Assembly (NCBI GenBank): GCA_035518815.1
Contig: DATIXG010000060.1
Coordinates: 64,881-128,880, forward strand
Reading direction: 5' to 3'
DNA from: Gemmatimonadales bacterium
Lineage (GTDB): Bacteria > Gemmatimonadota > Gemmatimonadetes > Gemmatimonadales > GWC2-71-9
Length of the DNA: 64,000 nucleotides
Positions 32,553 through 40,761 of the stretch are shown in pieces. Position numbers and translations under genes: made by a program. How positions within the stretch are numbered: the stretch's first letter is position 1; each line of letters begins with the position of its first letter. The notes beneath the pieces were generated by a model, which did no database searches, had not been told where the DNA came from, and worked only from the letters and a program-made list of their open reading frames with translations.

Positions 32553-33577
32553 GCGATCTCCAGGATGATCTTGCCGGCGTCCCCGGAGCGGATGGCGGCG
32601 ATCGCATCGTCAATCCGGCTCAGGGGAAACTGGTGGGTGATCACGGGGCGGGGGTCGAACAAGCCGGCCGTGAGATAGCGCCGCATCTGGTGCCACGTCT
32701 CGTACATCTTGCGGCCGATCACGCCATACAGCGTCAAGCCTTTGAAAATGATCTCCTTGGCGAAGTCGATCGGGACCTCCCCGGTGGGGATGCCGAGGAG
32801 CTGCACCCGTCCTCCCATCCGCACGGCGGCCAAGGCCTGATGGAGGGCGGAGGGGACGCCCGACATTTCGCAGACGACGTCGGCGCCCTCGCCTCCCGTC
32901 TCGGCGAGCACGGCTTGCAGCACGTTGTCCTTCGCGGCGTCGATGACGACGTGCGCACCCATGCGCCGTGCCAGTGCGAGGCGCGTAGGGTTGACGTCCG
33001 AGGCGAGCACCTTCGTGGCCCCCGCAGCCCGGGCGATCCCCACGGCGAAGCAACCGATCGGTCCGCACCCCACGACGAACACCGTGCTGCCGGGGATGTC
33101 GGCAGTTAGCACCGTGTGAAACGCGTTTCCCATGGGATCCATCACGGCGCCCACGGTCGTGGGGATACCGTCGAGCGGCAGCACGTTGGTCGCTGGCATG
33201 ACGATGAAGTCCGCGAACGCACCGTCACGATCAACGCCGATGATCTTGGTCCGGCGACAGATGTGGCTGTTCCCCGTCCGGCATTGCAGGCAGTGGCCGC
33301 AGACGATGTGGCCCTCGGCCGTCACCATCTGTCCCGTCGTGAGCTCCTCAACCCGGTCACCAACGGCCGCGATCTCCCCGGCGAACTCGTGACCGATCAC
33401 GAGCGGCGGGTGTAACCGGCTTTGGGCCCACGCGTCCCAGTCGGCAATGTGGAGGTCCGTGCCGCAGACGCCCGCGTGTCGCACGGCGATCAAGACCTCG
33501 CCTGGGCCGGGGGTCGGCTTGGGTACGGTGGTGACGGTAAGGCCGGGAGCGCGGTGCTGCTTGACGATGGCGTGCAC
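32549..33577 (-). CDS. tdh: L-threonine 3-dehydrogenase
   Basis: ..AGVCGTDLHI..GHEFAGE..CGHCLQCRTG.. are the zinc-ADH motifs. It forms the tdh-kbl pair. Confidence 0.93.
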   Translation of the reverse strand: MHAIVKQHRAPGLTVTTVPKPTPGPGEVLIAVRHAGVCGTDLHIADWDAWAQSRLHPPLVIGHEFAGEIAAVGDRVEELTTGQMVTAEGHIVCGHCLQCRTGNSHICRRTKIIGVDRDGAFADFIVMPATNVLPLDGIPTTVGAVMDPMGNAFHTVLTADIPGSTVFVVGCGPIGCFAVGIARAAGATKVLASDVNPTRLALARRMGAHVVIDAAKDNVLQAVLAETGGEGADVVCEMSGVPSALHQALAAVRMGGRVQLLGIPTGEVPIDFAKEIIFKGLTLYGVIGRKMYETWHQMRRYLTAGLFDPRPVITHQFPLSRIDDAIAAIRSGDAGKIILEIA

Positions 33578-33610
33578 GGGGCCATCCCAATCTAGCAGCG
33601 GCGGAAACGA

Positions 33611-33637
33611 CTAGGGCCGGCGATCAGCCGGCCCTAG
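33611..33637 (-). terminator. GC-rich hairpin (11-bp perfect stem, 5-nt loop)
   Basis: CTAGGGCCGGC-GATCA-GCCGGCCCTAG. On the minus strand it follows the candidate small ORF stop by 9 nt and is followed by TCGTTTCC. Confidence 0.45.
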
Positions 33638-33646
33638 GTGGTTCAA

Positions 33647-33820
33647 TCAGCTTCCCTGAGTGCCCTCGACCGGGAGGTGCCGGTGAGGTTGGTCCTTCGA
33701 TTCCCCGTCACTGGCGCACCAGCAGTACGCCCAAATCTTCGCCGGACGCAGCAGCTGCCGGCCGGTCCGGAGGATGATGCCGATCGGCTCCTCGTCGAGA
33801 ACAAGCGGAAGACTGGTCAT
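33647..33820 (-). CDS. candidate small protein (57 aa), unknown function
   Basis: My own translation is MTSLPLVLDEEPIGIILRTGRQLLRPAKIWAYCWCASDGESKDQPHRHLPVEGTQGS. It is below the 60-aa cutoff of the ORF track and is followed by a hairpin. There is no clear SD sequence. Confidence 0.25.
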   Translation of the reverse strand: MTSLPLVLDEEPIGIILRTGRQLLRPAKIWAYCWCASDGESKDQPHRHLPVEGTQGS

Positions 33821-33937
33821 GACATAGCGCTACCGGTTGCGGGATGCCCCCCGGCAATGCAGGAAGCTTGCCCCGGGGCACATACGTCAAACTATTGTGA
33901 TTAATGAAGTTACAGACCGCTGCTGGAAGGGGATTCG

Positions 33938-34816
33938 CTACTCTGACACGTTCAGGGCCGTGTCGAGCTGACGCTCTGGCTTGGTGGCCATGAACCCGGT
34001 CCCCGTCCGGGACCGCTTGGCGCGGTTGATCTGCCACTGATCGTAGAGCGATTTCAGGGCGTCGGGGGCCAGCGGGATGACCTCGCGCGAGGTGGGGGCG
34101 GCGAGTATCAGATGAACGCCACCCGCGCGCGTGCGTGCCTGGAGCTCGGCGATGGTGGCGTGCCGATCTTTGACCCGCGCAACGCTCAGAGCAGCCGGGT
34201 CAATCACCACCAGGCTCGGAGTCACGTCGGGGAGCCAGGTCCCGATCCGGATCACCAGGGCGTGAAACCGGCCGGCCAGTTGCTCGGACACCGCTCGGCT
34301 CTCCGCGGCTTCGATCGCGCGCAGGTCCTGGTCGAGCAGGAACACCTCGGCGTCGTGCGCCGCCAGGAACAGAGCGCCCGCGAGCACGCCGGCGCCGGCC
34401 ACCACCACCACGTCTCCCGGCTCGAGCCGGCGTGCGAGCCCCACGATGGGCGAGCCCTGGTCCAGACCCCAGTGCGTCGGTTCGCGCTGGGCCACGCGGA
34501 GCGCACGGTGCTTCCGGTTCCAGCGCGGGAACGACGGGAGCCGCAGGCGTCGCGCGATCACGCGGTCGACATGCTCGAGCAACAGCACCTCCGTCAGGAG
34601 GTACTGGCCGGCCGCATTCGCCTCGAGCTCGCGAACGGCTTCGTCACCGATCTCGAGCAGCGACTCCCGGGACAGCATGTTCTTGTACTCCTCGATGCGC
34701 TCCAGCATGAACTCTTCGTATTCCTGCTTGAGCGAGCGAGGCGGACGGCGGGCCAGACGGGGGGGCTCCGCCTGGGCTCCGCGCGCGGACGGTGAAGGCG
34801 GGACGGCGTTCAACAT
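33938..34816 (-). CDS. hypothetical protein with a Rossmann-like (GxGxxG) domain
   Basis: VVVAGAGVLAGALFLAAHDAEVFLLDQD resembles a nucleotide/SAM-binding loop. The N-terminal ~110 aa are unrecognised. It overlaps the CDF gene's stop by 7 nt. Confidence 0.55.
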   Translation of the reverse strand: MLNAVPPSPSARGAQAEPPRLARRPPRSLKQEYEEFMLERIEEYKNMLSRESLLEIGDEAVRELEANAAGQYLLTEVLLLEHVDRVIARRLRLPSFPRWNRKHRALRVAQREPTHWGLDQGSPIVGLARRLEPGDVVVVAGAGVLAGALFLAAHDAEVFLLDQDLRAIEAAESRAVSEQLAGRFHALVIRIGTWLPDVTPSLVVIDPAALSVARVKDRHATIAELQARTRAGGVHLILAAPTSREVIPLAPDALKSLYDQWQINRAKRSRTGTGFMATKPERQLDTALNVSE

Positions 34817-35688
34817 GGCTCGACGTGGACCATGACCTCGTGAAGCCGCAGGTCGCGCTTCAAGCGCTCTTCGACCTGATCGGCGATCGCATGTGCCGTG
34901 GCGACGTCCGCATGCCCATCGACCGCAATCGTCACTTCGGCGTAGCGTAGGTCAGACGGGCCGCGGGAACGGATCCCATAGGCGCTCCGCACACCGGGCA
35001 CGGTTTGCGCCGTGTCGCGGATGTCGGTGGTCGGGAGGACCGCCTGGTCCACGAGCACCGGCACCGTGCGCACGAGAATGCGGTAGGCGACGAACACGAT
35101 GACGCATGCGACGATGATCGCCATTCCGGGATCGGCCCACCACCAGCCCTGGCGCGCGGAGAGGAGCCCGATCAGTGCGCCCGCGGTGATGAACACGTCG
35201 GCGCGTGTGTGCGCCGCATCGGCGACCAGGAGCTCGCTGCCGAGCACGGTGCCCCGCCGGTTCTCGTACCAGGCGATGAGCACGTTCCCCGCGAGAGTGA
35301 CGATCAGCACGGCGATGTGCCATCCGGACACCTGCACCCGATTGCCACCGGAGAGGAGCTTGTTGACGGCGCTGCGCACCAGTTCGAAGCACGTGATGGA
35401 CAGAACGCCCACGACGCCAAGCGCGCCGAGCGTCTCGAACTTGCCGTGCCCGTAGGGGTGGTCTTCGTCGGGTTCCTTCTGGGCCACGCGCACGACAACC
35501 AGGGCCACGACGTTGTTCAACGCGTCGACGGCCGAGTCCAGAGCGCTGCTCAGGACGGCAAGTGAGCCGGAGGCGAGACCGACGACAAACTTGGCACCCA
35601 CGACCGACACGTTGGCGACCAGCAGGCCGACGAATACGCGGCGAACCAGCGCAGTCTTGTCGCGCCCCTCGGGCCGGGAGAGCGGCAT
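34810..35688 (-). CDS. cation diffusion facilitator family transporter
   Basis: ..SSALDSAVDALNN..DEDHPYGHGKFE.. is the CDF signature, with a C-terminal cytoplasmic domain. I prefer ATG 35688 to TTG 35724. Confidence 0.85.
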   Translation of the reverse strand: MPLSRPEGRDKTALVRRVFVGLLVANVSVVGAKFVVGLASGSLAVLSSALDSAVDALNNVVALVVVRVAQKEPDEDHPYGHGKFETLGALGVVGVLSITCFELVRSAVNKLLSGGNRVQVSGWHIAVLIVTLAGNVLIAWYENRRGTVLGSELLVADAAHTRADVFITAGALIGLLSARQGWWWADPGMAIIVACVIVFVAYRILVRTVPVLVDQAVLPTTDIRDTAQTVPGVRSAYGIRSRGPSDLRYAEVTIAVDGHADVATAHAIADQVEERLKRDLRLHEVMVHVEPC

Positions 35689-35716
35689 GGGATGCAACCT
35701 TGTAAATGAGCCCGTT

Positions 35717-36931
35717 TTAGTCAACGGCGCGCAGGATGGCCCCCTTCAAATACCCGGTCTCGGGAACGTTCAACAGCTCGGGGTGGTCGGCCGCCGCTCC
35801 CGTCCACCGCGCGAGCTGCACGCGCCGGCCACTGTCGCGGGCGGCCGCCGCGAGCATATCGGCAAAGGCCGCGCGGTGCACGTGGTAGGAGCACGAGCAG
35901 GTGAACAGAATGCCCGCGGGAGCGAGCAATCGCATCGCACGCAGGTTGATCTCTTTGTAGCCGGCCACTGCGCGGGCCAGGTTGTCCTTGGTCTTCGCGA
36001 ACGCCGGAGGGTCGAGCACGATCGTGTCGAACGTTTCGCCGCGCCGCTCGAGCTCGCGGAGCAGATCGAAGACGTTCGCCTCGCGCCACGTGATGTTCGT
36101 GAAGCCGTTCAGCGCTGCGTTCTCCCCTCCCCGCGCGAGGGCGTCGGGGCTCGAGTCCACGGCGAGCACGGTCGCCGATCGGCGCGCGAGGTGCAGGGCG
36201 AAGGAACCATGGTAGGTGAACAGATCGAGCGCCCGCCCTCCAGCCGGCGCGTACTCGCCGACCAGGACCCGGTTGTCCCGCTGATCGAGGAAGGCGCCCG
36301 TCTTCTGTCCGGTGTGCGGCGCCGCCAGATACCGGATGCCCGCTTCGGCGACCTCCACGGTTTCAGGCACGGCGCCCGCGGCCGATACGACTTCGAGCGG
36401 CAGGCCTTCGTGTCGTCGGATGGGGGCATCGTTGCGCAGCAGGACGCCGGCGGGTGCGAGCGCCGCCGCGATGCCGGCGAGCACATCCTCCCGCGCCTGC
36501 TCGAGTCCCGCCGACAGGAGCTGCGCGACCACGTAGGGCCCATAACGGTCCAACACGAGCGACGGTAACCCGTCGCCCTCCGCGTGCACCACGCGGTAGG
36601 CGGTGTCGGAGATCGAGGCCCGCCGCGCGGCGGCGGCCGTGATCTGCTTCTCCCACCAGGCCGCGTTCACCGGCGCTGCGTCGCGGGTGAGAAGGCGGAG
36701 ACGGATTTCGGAACGGGGGGAGTACAGCGCCTGCCCCAGGTGGCGGCCACGGCGATCGGTGACGGTCACGATCCCCGCCGCGTCCCGCGGCTCGGCATAC
36801 ACGTCGGTTCGGTAGATCCACGGGTGGCCCGCTGCCCAGCGAGCCGCGCCCCGGGCCGACACCACCACGTCGCGCGCTCCTTCCCCGCAAGTGCGGGCCG
36901 GTGCCCGACTCGTAGCGGGGTTGTGGCTCAC
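35717..36931 (-). CDS. class I SAM-dependent rRNA methyltransferase (RlmI-like, PUA + MTase)
   Basis: ..GHPWIYRTDV.. is PUA-like and ..GQKTGAFLDQRDNR..DPPAFAK.. is the MTase part. The GTG start at 36931 overlaps the aroH stop (GTGA). Confidence 0.8.
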   Translation of the reverse strand: MSHNPATSRAPARTCGEGARDVVVSARGAARWAAGHPWIYRTDVYAEPRDAAGIVTVTDRRGRHLGQALYSPRSEIRLRLLTRDAAPVNAAWWEKQITAAAARRASISDTAYRVVHAEGDGLPSLVLDRYGPYVVAQLLSAGLEQAREDVLAGIAAALAPAGVLLRNDAPIRRHEGLPLEVVSAAGAVPETVEVAEAGIRYLAAPHTGQKTGAFLDQRDNRVLVGEYAPAGGRALDLFTYHGSFALHLARRSATVLAVDSSPDALARGGENAALNGFTNITWREANVFDLLRELERRGETFDTIVLDPPAFAKTKDNLARAVAGYKEINLRAMRLLAPAGILFTCSCSYHVHRAAFADMLAAAARDSGRRVQLARWTGAAADHPELLNVPETGYLKGAILRAVD

Positions 36932-37296
36932 GTCGTTCGGTCGGGGCGGAGCCGGGCGGCGTCGCGCAGGTAGATATGTTTCAACGCGCCGGGCGGCTTG
37001 GTCGTGTAGAGGTGCAGCAGCAGCCGGATGCAGCGCGGCACTCCGTCCGGCACGGCGACCTCGCTGGCGCCGAGTAGCGGGACGGTGTCCCACCCCAGTC
37101 GTCGCGCCGCGCGCGCTGGGTACTCCGCGGTCAGGTCGGGCGACGAGGTGAAGATCGCGCTCTCCACGTCCTCGGGGACGAAACCATTCGTCTCCTGGAG
37201 CACGCGAATCAGCTCCTCCGTCGCTTCGAGGATCGCCTCACGAGTGTTGGCTGCGGCCGTGGTTGCGCCGCGCAGTCCACGCAGGATCTTGGGCAT
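36928..37296 (-). CDS. aroH: chorismate mutase, AroH class
   Basis: LRGLRGATT..NT.EAI..AT.EL..ES..FT.T.DL is the monofunctional AroH pattern, at about 120 aa. Confidence 0.85.
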   Translation of the reverse strand: MPKILRGLRGATTAAANTREAILEATEELIRVLQETNGFVPEDVESAIFTSSPDLTAEYPARAARRLGWDTVPLLGASEVAVPDGVPRCIRLLLHLYTTKPPGALKHIYLRDAARLRPDRTT

Positions 37297-37918
37297 GGCT
37301 CTCGCCGATCAGTTGCGCTTGATGGTGCTCACGGACGCCACGTTACTCAAGGGGCGCGATCCGGTCGATGCCTGCCGCCGGGCGGTGCGGGGCGGCGCCA
37401 CCGCTGTGCAGGTCCGCCTCAAGGGCGCGCCCGCGCGCGAGCTGGCGGACCTTGCTCGCGCCCTGGTGCTGGCCCTTTCCGTGCCGGTCCTCGTCAACGA
37501 CCGCGTCGACGTGGCGCTCGCAGTCGGTGCGGCCGGCGCGCACCTCGGTCACGAGGATCCCCCCCTCGACACGCTCCGGCCCCACGTTCCCCCCGGTTTC
37601 ATTCTCGGCCTCTCCGTGGGCACGGCGGCCGAGGCGGCCCAGGCCGACCGGTGGCCGGCGGACTACTGGAGCGTCGGCCCGTGTTTCGGCACCGTCCACA
37701 AGGCGGACGCCGGACCGGCGCTCGGCGCTGCGGGGTTTACGGCGCTCGCCCGGCGCGCCCCCCGGGGAATCCCCGTGATCGCGATTGGCGGCATCACAGC
37801 CGCGAACGCGGCCTCCATCATCCGGGCCGGCGCCGCCGGCGTGGCCGTCCTCGGCGCGGTCTGGGAAGCTAGCGATCCGGAGACCGCTGCTCGCGCGCTC
37901 CGTTCCCCAGGCGCTTGA
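37295..37918 (+). CDS. thiE: thiamine-phosphate synthase
   Basis: ..VQVRLK..LVNDRVDVALA..GAHLG..IAIGGI.. is the ThiE pattern. ATG 37295 overlaps the aroH start codon on the other strand. Confidence 0.85.
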   Translation: MALADQLRLMVLTDATLLKGRDPVDACRRAVRGGATAVQVRLKGAPARELADLARALVLALSVPVLVNDRVDVALAVGAAGAHLGHEDPPLDTLRPHVPPGFILGLSVGTAAEAAQADRWPADYWSVGPCFGTVHKADAGPALGAAGFTALARRAPRGIPVIAIGGITAANAASIIRAGAAGVAVLGAVWEASDPETAARALRSPGA

Positions 37919-38924
37919 CCGTGCGGATGGCGGCCTCGTGCTCGGCGAAATTGGTCGAGAAGATGTGCTTGCCGTCGGGCTGCGCGACGAAGAACAGGAA
38001 CGGGACTGGCGCGGGGTACAGCGCCGCCAGGAGACTCGCGCGACCCGGTTGGGAGATCGGACCGGGAGGCAGGCCCGCGTGCAGGTACGTGTTGTACGGC
38101 GACTGGACGGCCAGGTTCTTCTCCCACACGCGTTTCAAACGGCGCTGGTACGCATAGAGGATCGTCGGATCGGCTTCGAGCTTCATGCCGCGCTTCAGCC
38201 GGTTGTGGTACACGGCGGAGACGAACGGGCGATCGGGTGCGTAGCGTACCTCGGACTCGACGATCGACGCGAGCGTCACGAGCTGGTAGCGCGTCATGTG
38301 CAGCGTGTCCAGCCGTGCGTCCCACGCCGAGTCCCATTGCGCGAGAAACTCGCGGGCCATGAGGCGTACGAGATCGCGCGCGGTGCTTCGGGTTTGCACG
38401 ATGTAGGTCGTCGGGAAGAGGTAGCCCTCCACATTGGTGGCGGTCGGCGGAAGGCCGAGTTCTCCTCGCACTACCGGATCGCGTGCGGCCGAGACGAGCG
38501 AGTCGCGGGGGATGCGCAACTCTCGCTTCGCAACGTCGGCGATCTCGGTGAGCATGAGGCCTTCGCGCACGGTGAAGCGGACTTCGACGCCGCGTCCCCG
38601 CTCGAGGGTGGTGACGATCTCGCTCCACGAGGCGTCTGGCGCAACGAGGTACTCGCCCGTCTTCAGGTCGCGCCCCAGGCCGCGCAGGCGGGCGTACCAA
38701 TGGAAGGTCGTGGTGTGCTGGACCAGTCCGTGGCGTGCGAGCGAATCGATGGCAGCGTCGAGCGTGGCGCCGGGCGGGATCGTCACGGCGACGGGTGGTG
38801 CGTCGGACGCCTTGCCGCATGCGGCGATTGCGAGCAGAACGGCGAACGCGGAAGTCGGAACGCGGAACAGCGGCGGCCGCCATCCATCGGTATTCCGCGT
38901 TCTGCGTTCCGCGTTCGCCTTCAT
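37869..38924 (-). CDS. mltG: endolytic murein transglycosylase MltG (YceG family)
   Basis: It has a single N-terminal TM segment. ..NVEGYLFPTTY..ASIVESE..SPYNTY..GLPPGPI are the YceG motifs. Confidence 0.9.
   Translation of the reverse strand: MKANAERRTRNTDGWRPPLFRVPTSAFAVLLAIAACGKASDAPPVAVTIPPGATLDAAIDSLARHGLVQHTTTFHWYARLRGLGRDLKTGEYLVAPDASWSEIVTTLERGRGVEVRFTVREGLMLTEIADVAKRELRIPRDSLVSAARDPVVRGELGLPPTATNVEGYLFPTTYIVQTRSTARDLVRLMAREFLAQWDSAWDARLDTLHMTRYQLVTLASIVESEVRYAPDRPFVSAVYHNRLKRGMKLEADPTILYAYQRRLKRVWEKNLAVQSPYNTYLHAGLPPGPISQPGRASLLAALYPAPVPFLFFVAQPDGKHIFSTNFAEHEAAIRTVKRLGNGAREQRSPDR
38841..38919. repeat. long imperfect hairpin with tandem-heptamer arms inside the mltG 5' coding region
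   Basis: The left arm is GGCGAACGCGGAAGTCGGAACGCGGAACA. The reverse complement of the right arm is GGCGAACGCGGAACGCAGAACGCGGAATA. I count 25 of 29 positions pairing by hand alignment. Confidence 0.8.
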
Positions 38925-39337
38925 GTCGCCGATCCCCGCCTCGCATCCAGATAGTGCTGCAGCAGCACGGTGGCCGCGAGCGCGTCCACGTCCTCGCGCC
39001 GACCCCGCGTCCCTCCTCCCATCTCCCGAACCGCCTGCAGAGCCCGGGCGGTGGTCATCCGCTCGTCCCACAGGTCGACGGGCAGGGTGGCGCGCCGCCC
39101 GACATCCTGGGCCAGCCGGCGGGTTTCCCGGGCTGGCTCGCCCTCGGATCCGTCGGCGTCGAGCGCCAACCCGACCACGATTCCGGTCACGGTGTGCTGT
39201 CGGAGGAGAGCGAGGAGCTGTTGCATCGGGAAGCGCTTGCCCGCGCGCCGCGTGAGCGTCGTCAGCGGCTGGGCGAGCAGCTGCCCTTCATCAGACAGGG
39301 CGAGGCCGATGCGGCGCTCGCCCCAGTCCACCCCCAA
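38921..39337 (-). CDS. ruvX: Holliday junction resolvase-like RuvX (YqgF)
   Basis: LGVDWGERRIGLALSD.. is the YqgF N-terminus. The start is TTG at 39337. The stop overlaps the mltG ATG (ATGA). Confidence 0.8.
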   Translation of the reverse strand: MGVDWGERRIGLALSDEGQLLAQPLTTLTRRAGKRFPMQQLLALLRQHTVTGIVVGLALDADGSEGEPARETRRLAQDVGRRATLPVDLWDERMTTARALQAVREMGGGTRGRREDVDALAATVLLQHYLDARRGSAT

Positions 39338-39368
39338 CAGTCGTCCCTGCGTCGGACAGTCCGTCGCC

Positions 39369-40622
39369 TCACCCTTGTGCCATCGTCGCGAAGAACTCGA
39401 CGTTCGTCTTCGTGCGCTTCATGCGCTCGAGCAGGAACTCGATCGCCTCGACGGGTGGCATGTCGGAGAGGAAGTTGCGGAGCAGATAGACCTTGTTGAG
39501 CTCTTCCTTCGTGAGGAGCAGCTCCTCTTTGCGGGTCGAGCTGCGTTGAACGTCGATCGCCGGATACACGCGGCGGTCGGCAATGCGCCGGTCGAGGATG
39601 ACTTCCATGTTGCCGGTGCCCTTGAACTCCTCGAAGATCACCTCGTCCATCCGCGAGCCGGTGTCGATCAGCGCGGTGGCGATGATCGTGAGCGAGCCGC
39701 CGCCCTCGATGTTCCGCGCGGCCCCGAAGAAGCGCTTGGGCTTCTGGAGCGCGTTCGCGTCCACGCCGCCCGACAAGATCTTCCCGGAGTGGGGCACGAC
39801 GACGTTATGCGCCCGCCCCAGACGCGTGATCGAGTCGAGCAGAATCACGACGTCCTTCCCGTGCTCCACCATCCGCTTCGCCTTCTCGATCACCATGTCG
39901 GCGACCTGGACGTGACGGTCCGCGGGCTCGTCGAAGGTGGACGAGATGACCTCGGCCCCCTTCACGCTCTCCTCCATGTCCGTCACTTCTTCGGGCCGCT
40001 CGTCGATCAGGAGGACGATCAGGTACACCTCGGGATGGTTCTCGATGATCGAATTGGCGAGCTTCTGCATCAGGATCGTCTTACCAGCCTTGGGCGGGGA
40101 GACGATGAGGCCGCGTTGGCCCTTGCCGATGGGACAGAGGATGTCCATGACCCGCATCGACAGATCGCCGTCCTTGCGCTCGAGCCGGATCCGCTCCTCG
40201 GGGTAGCGCGGGCGCAGGTTGTCGAACGCAACCCGATGCTTGGCCTTCTCGGGCTCGTCTCCGTTCACGACCTCCACCTTCAGCAGGGCGAGGTAGCGTT
40301 CGCCCTCCTTTGGAGGTCGTACCTGCCCCATGATCGTATCGCCCGTGCGCAGGTCGAAGCGCTTGATCTGACTCGGCGAGACGTAGATGTCGTCGGGGCC
40401 GTACAGGTAGTTCCAGTCCGGGCTGCGCAGGAACCCGTATCCCTCCGGGAGTATCTCGAGCACTCCCTCCCCACGCAGCACCGTGTCCGAGTCGAGCAGC
40501 GATTGCTCGATGCGGAAGATGAGATCCTGCTTGCGGAGACCCGAGTAGTTGGTGATGTTCAGGGTCTCGGCCATCGCGTGCAGTTCCGCGACGGATTTCC
40601 TCTTGAGTTCAGCGATATCCAC
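39369..40622 (-). CDS. rho: transcription termination factor Rho
   Basis: [15 protein letters not shown].. is the Rho N-terminal domain. It also has an RNA-binding region and Walker A (PPKAGKT). Confidence 0.97.
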   Translation of the reverse strand: MDIAELKRKSVAELHAMAETLNITNYSGLRKQDLIFRIEQSLLDSDTVLRGEGVLEILPEGYGFLRSPDWNYLYGPDDIYVSPSQIKRFDLRTGDTIMGQVRPPKEGERYLALLKVEVVNGDEPEKAKHRVAFDNLRPRYPEERIRLERKDGDLSMRVMDILCPIGKGQRGLIVSPPKAGKTILMQKLANSIIENHPEVYLIVLLIDERPEEVTDMEESVKGAEVISSTFDEPADRHVQVADMVIEKAKRMVEHGKDVVILLDSITRLGRAHNVVVPHSGKILSGGVDANALQKPKRFFGAARNIEGGGSLTIIATALIDTGSRMDEVIFEEFKGTGNMEVILDRRIADRRVYPAIDVQRSSTRKEELLLTKEELNKVYLLRNFLSDMPPVEAIEFLLERMKRTKTNVEFFATMAQG

Positions 40623-40724
40623 TGTGCTCTTGCTCCGTTACGCTACGGCAGGGGGACCCCAGGAGTGGGGGAGTGATCGTGTCGAAAGTGAGAACTAGGG
40701 AATGGGCTGAGGTGCGAGCGCCCT

Positions 40725-40753
40725 ATAGTAGGCCCCGCCTGACTAACAGTCAA
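40725..40753 (-). promoter_or_regulatory. candidate sigma70-type promoter for rho (TTGACT-N17-TACTAT)
   Basis: The minus strand reads TTGACT gttagtcaggcggggcc TACTAT. The -10 element ends about 100 nt upstream of the rho start. Confidence 0.55.
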
Positions 40754-40761
40754 GAGCGCTC

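Noticed and set aside
33638-34037. An 88-aa plus-strand ORF and a 109-aa minus-strand ORF in the tdh upstream gap.
   Set aside because: The composition (Arg/Pro/Ala runs) and the lack of start context argue against coding. The 57-codon minus-strand ORF followed by a hairpin is the better, though still weak, candidate.
37663-38954. A 427-aa minus-strand ORF and a 389-aa plus-strand ORF across the mltG locus.
   Set aside because: The YceG motifs appear only in the 37869..38924 frame. The others are Arg/Pro-rich shadow frames.
38970-40676. A 568-aa ORF on the plus strand.
   Set aside because: It is antisense to ruvX and rho.
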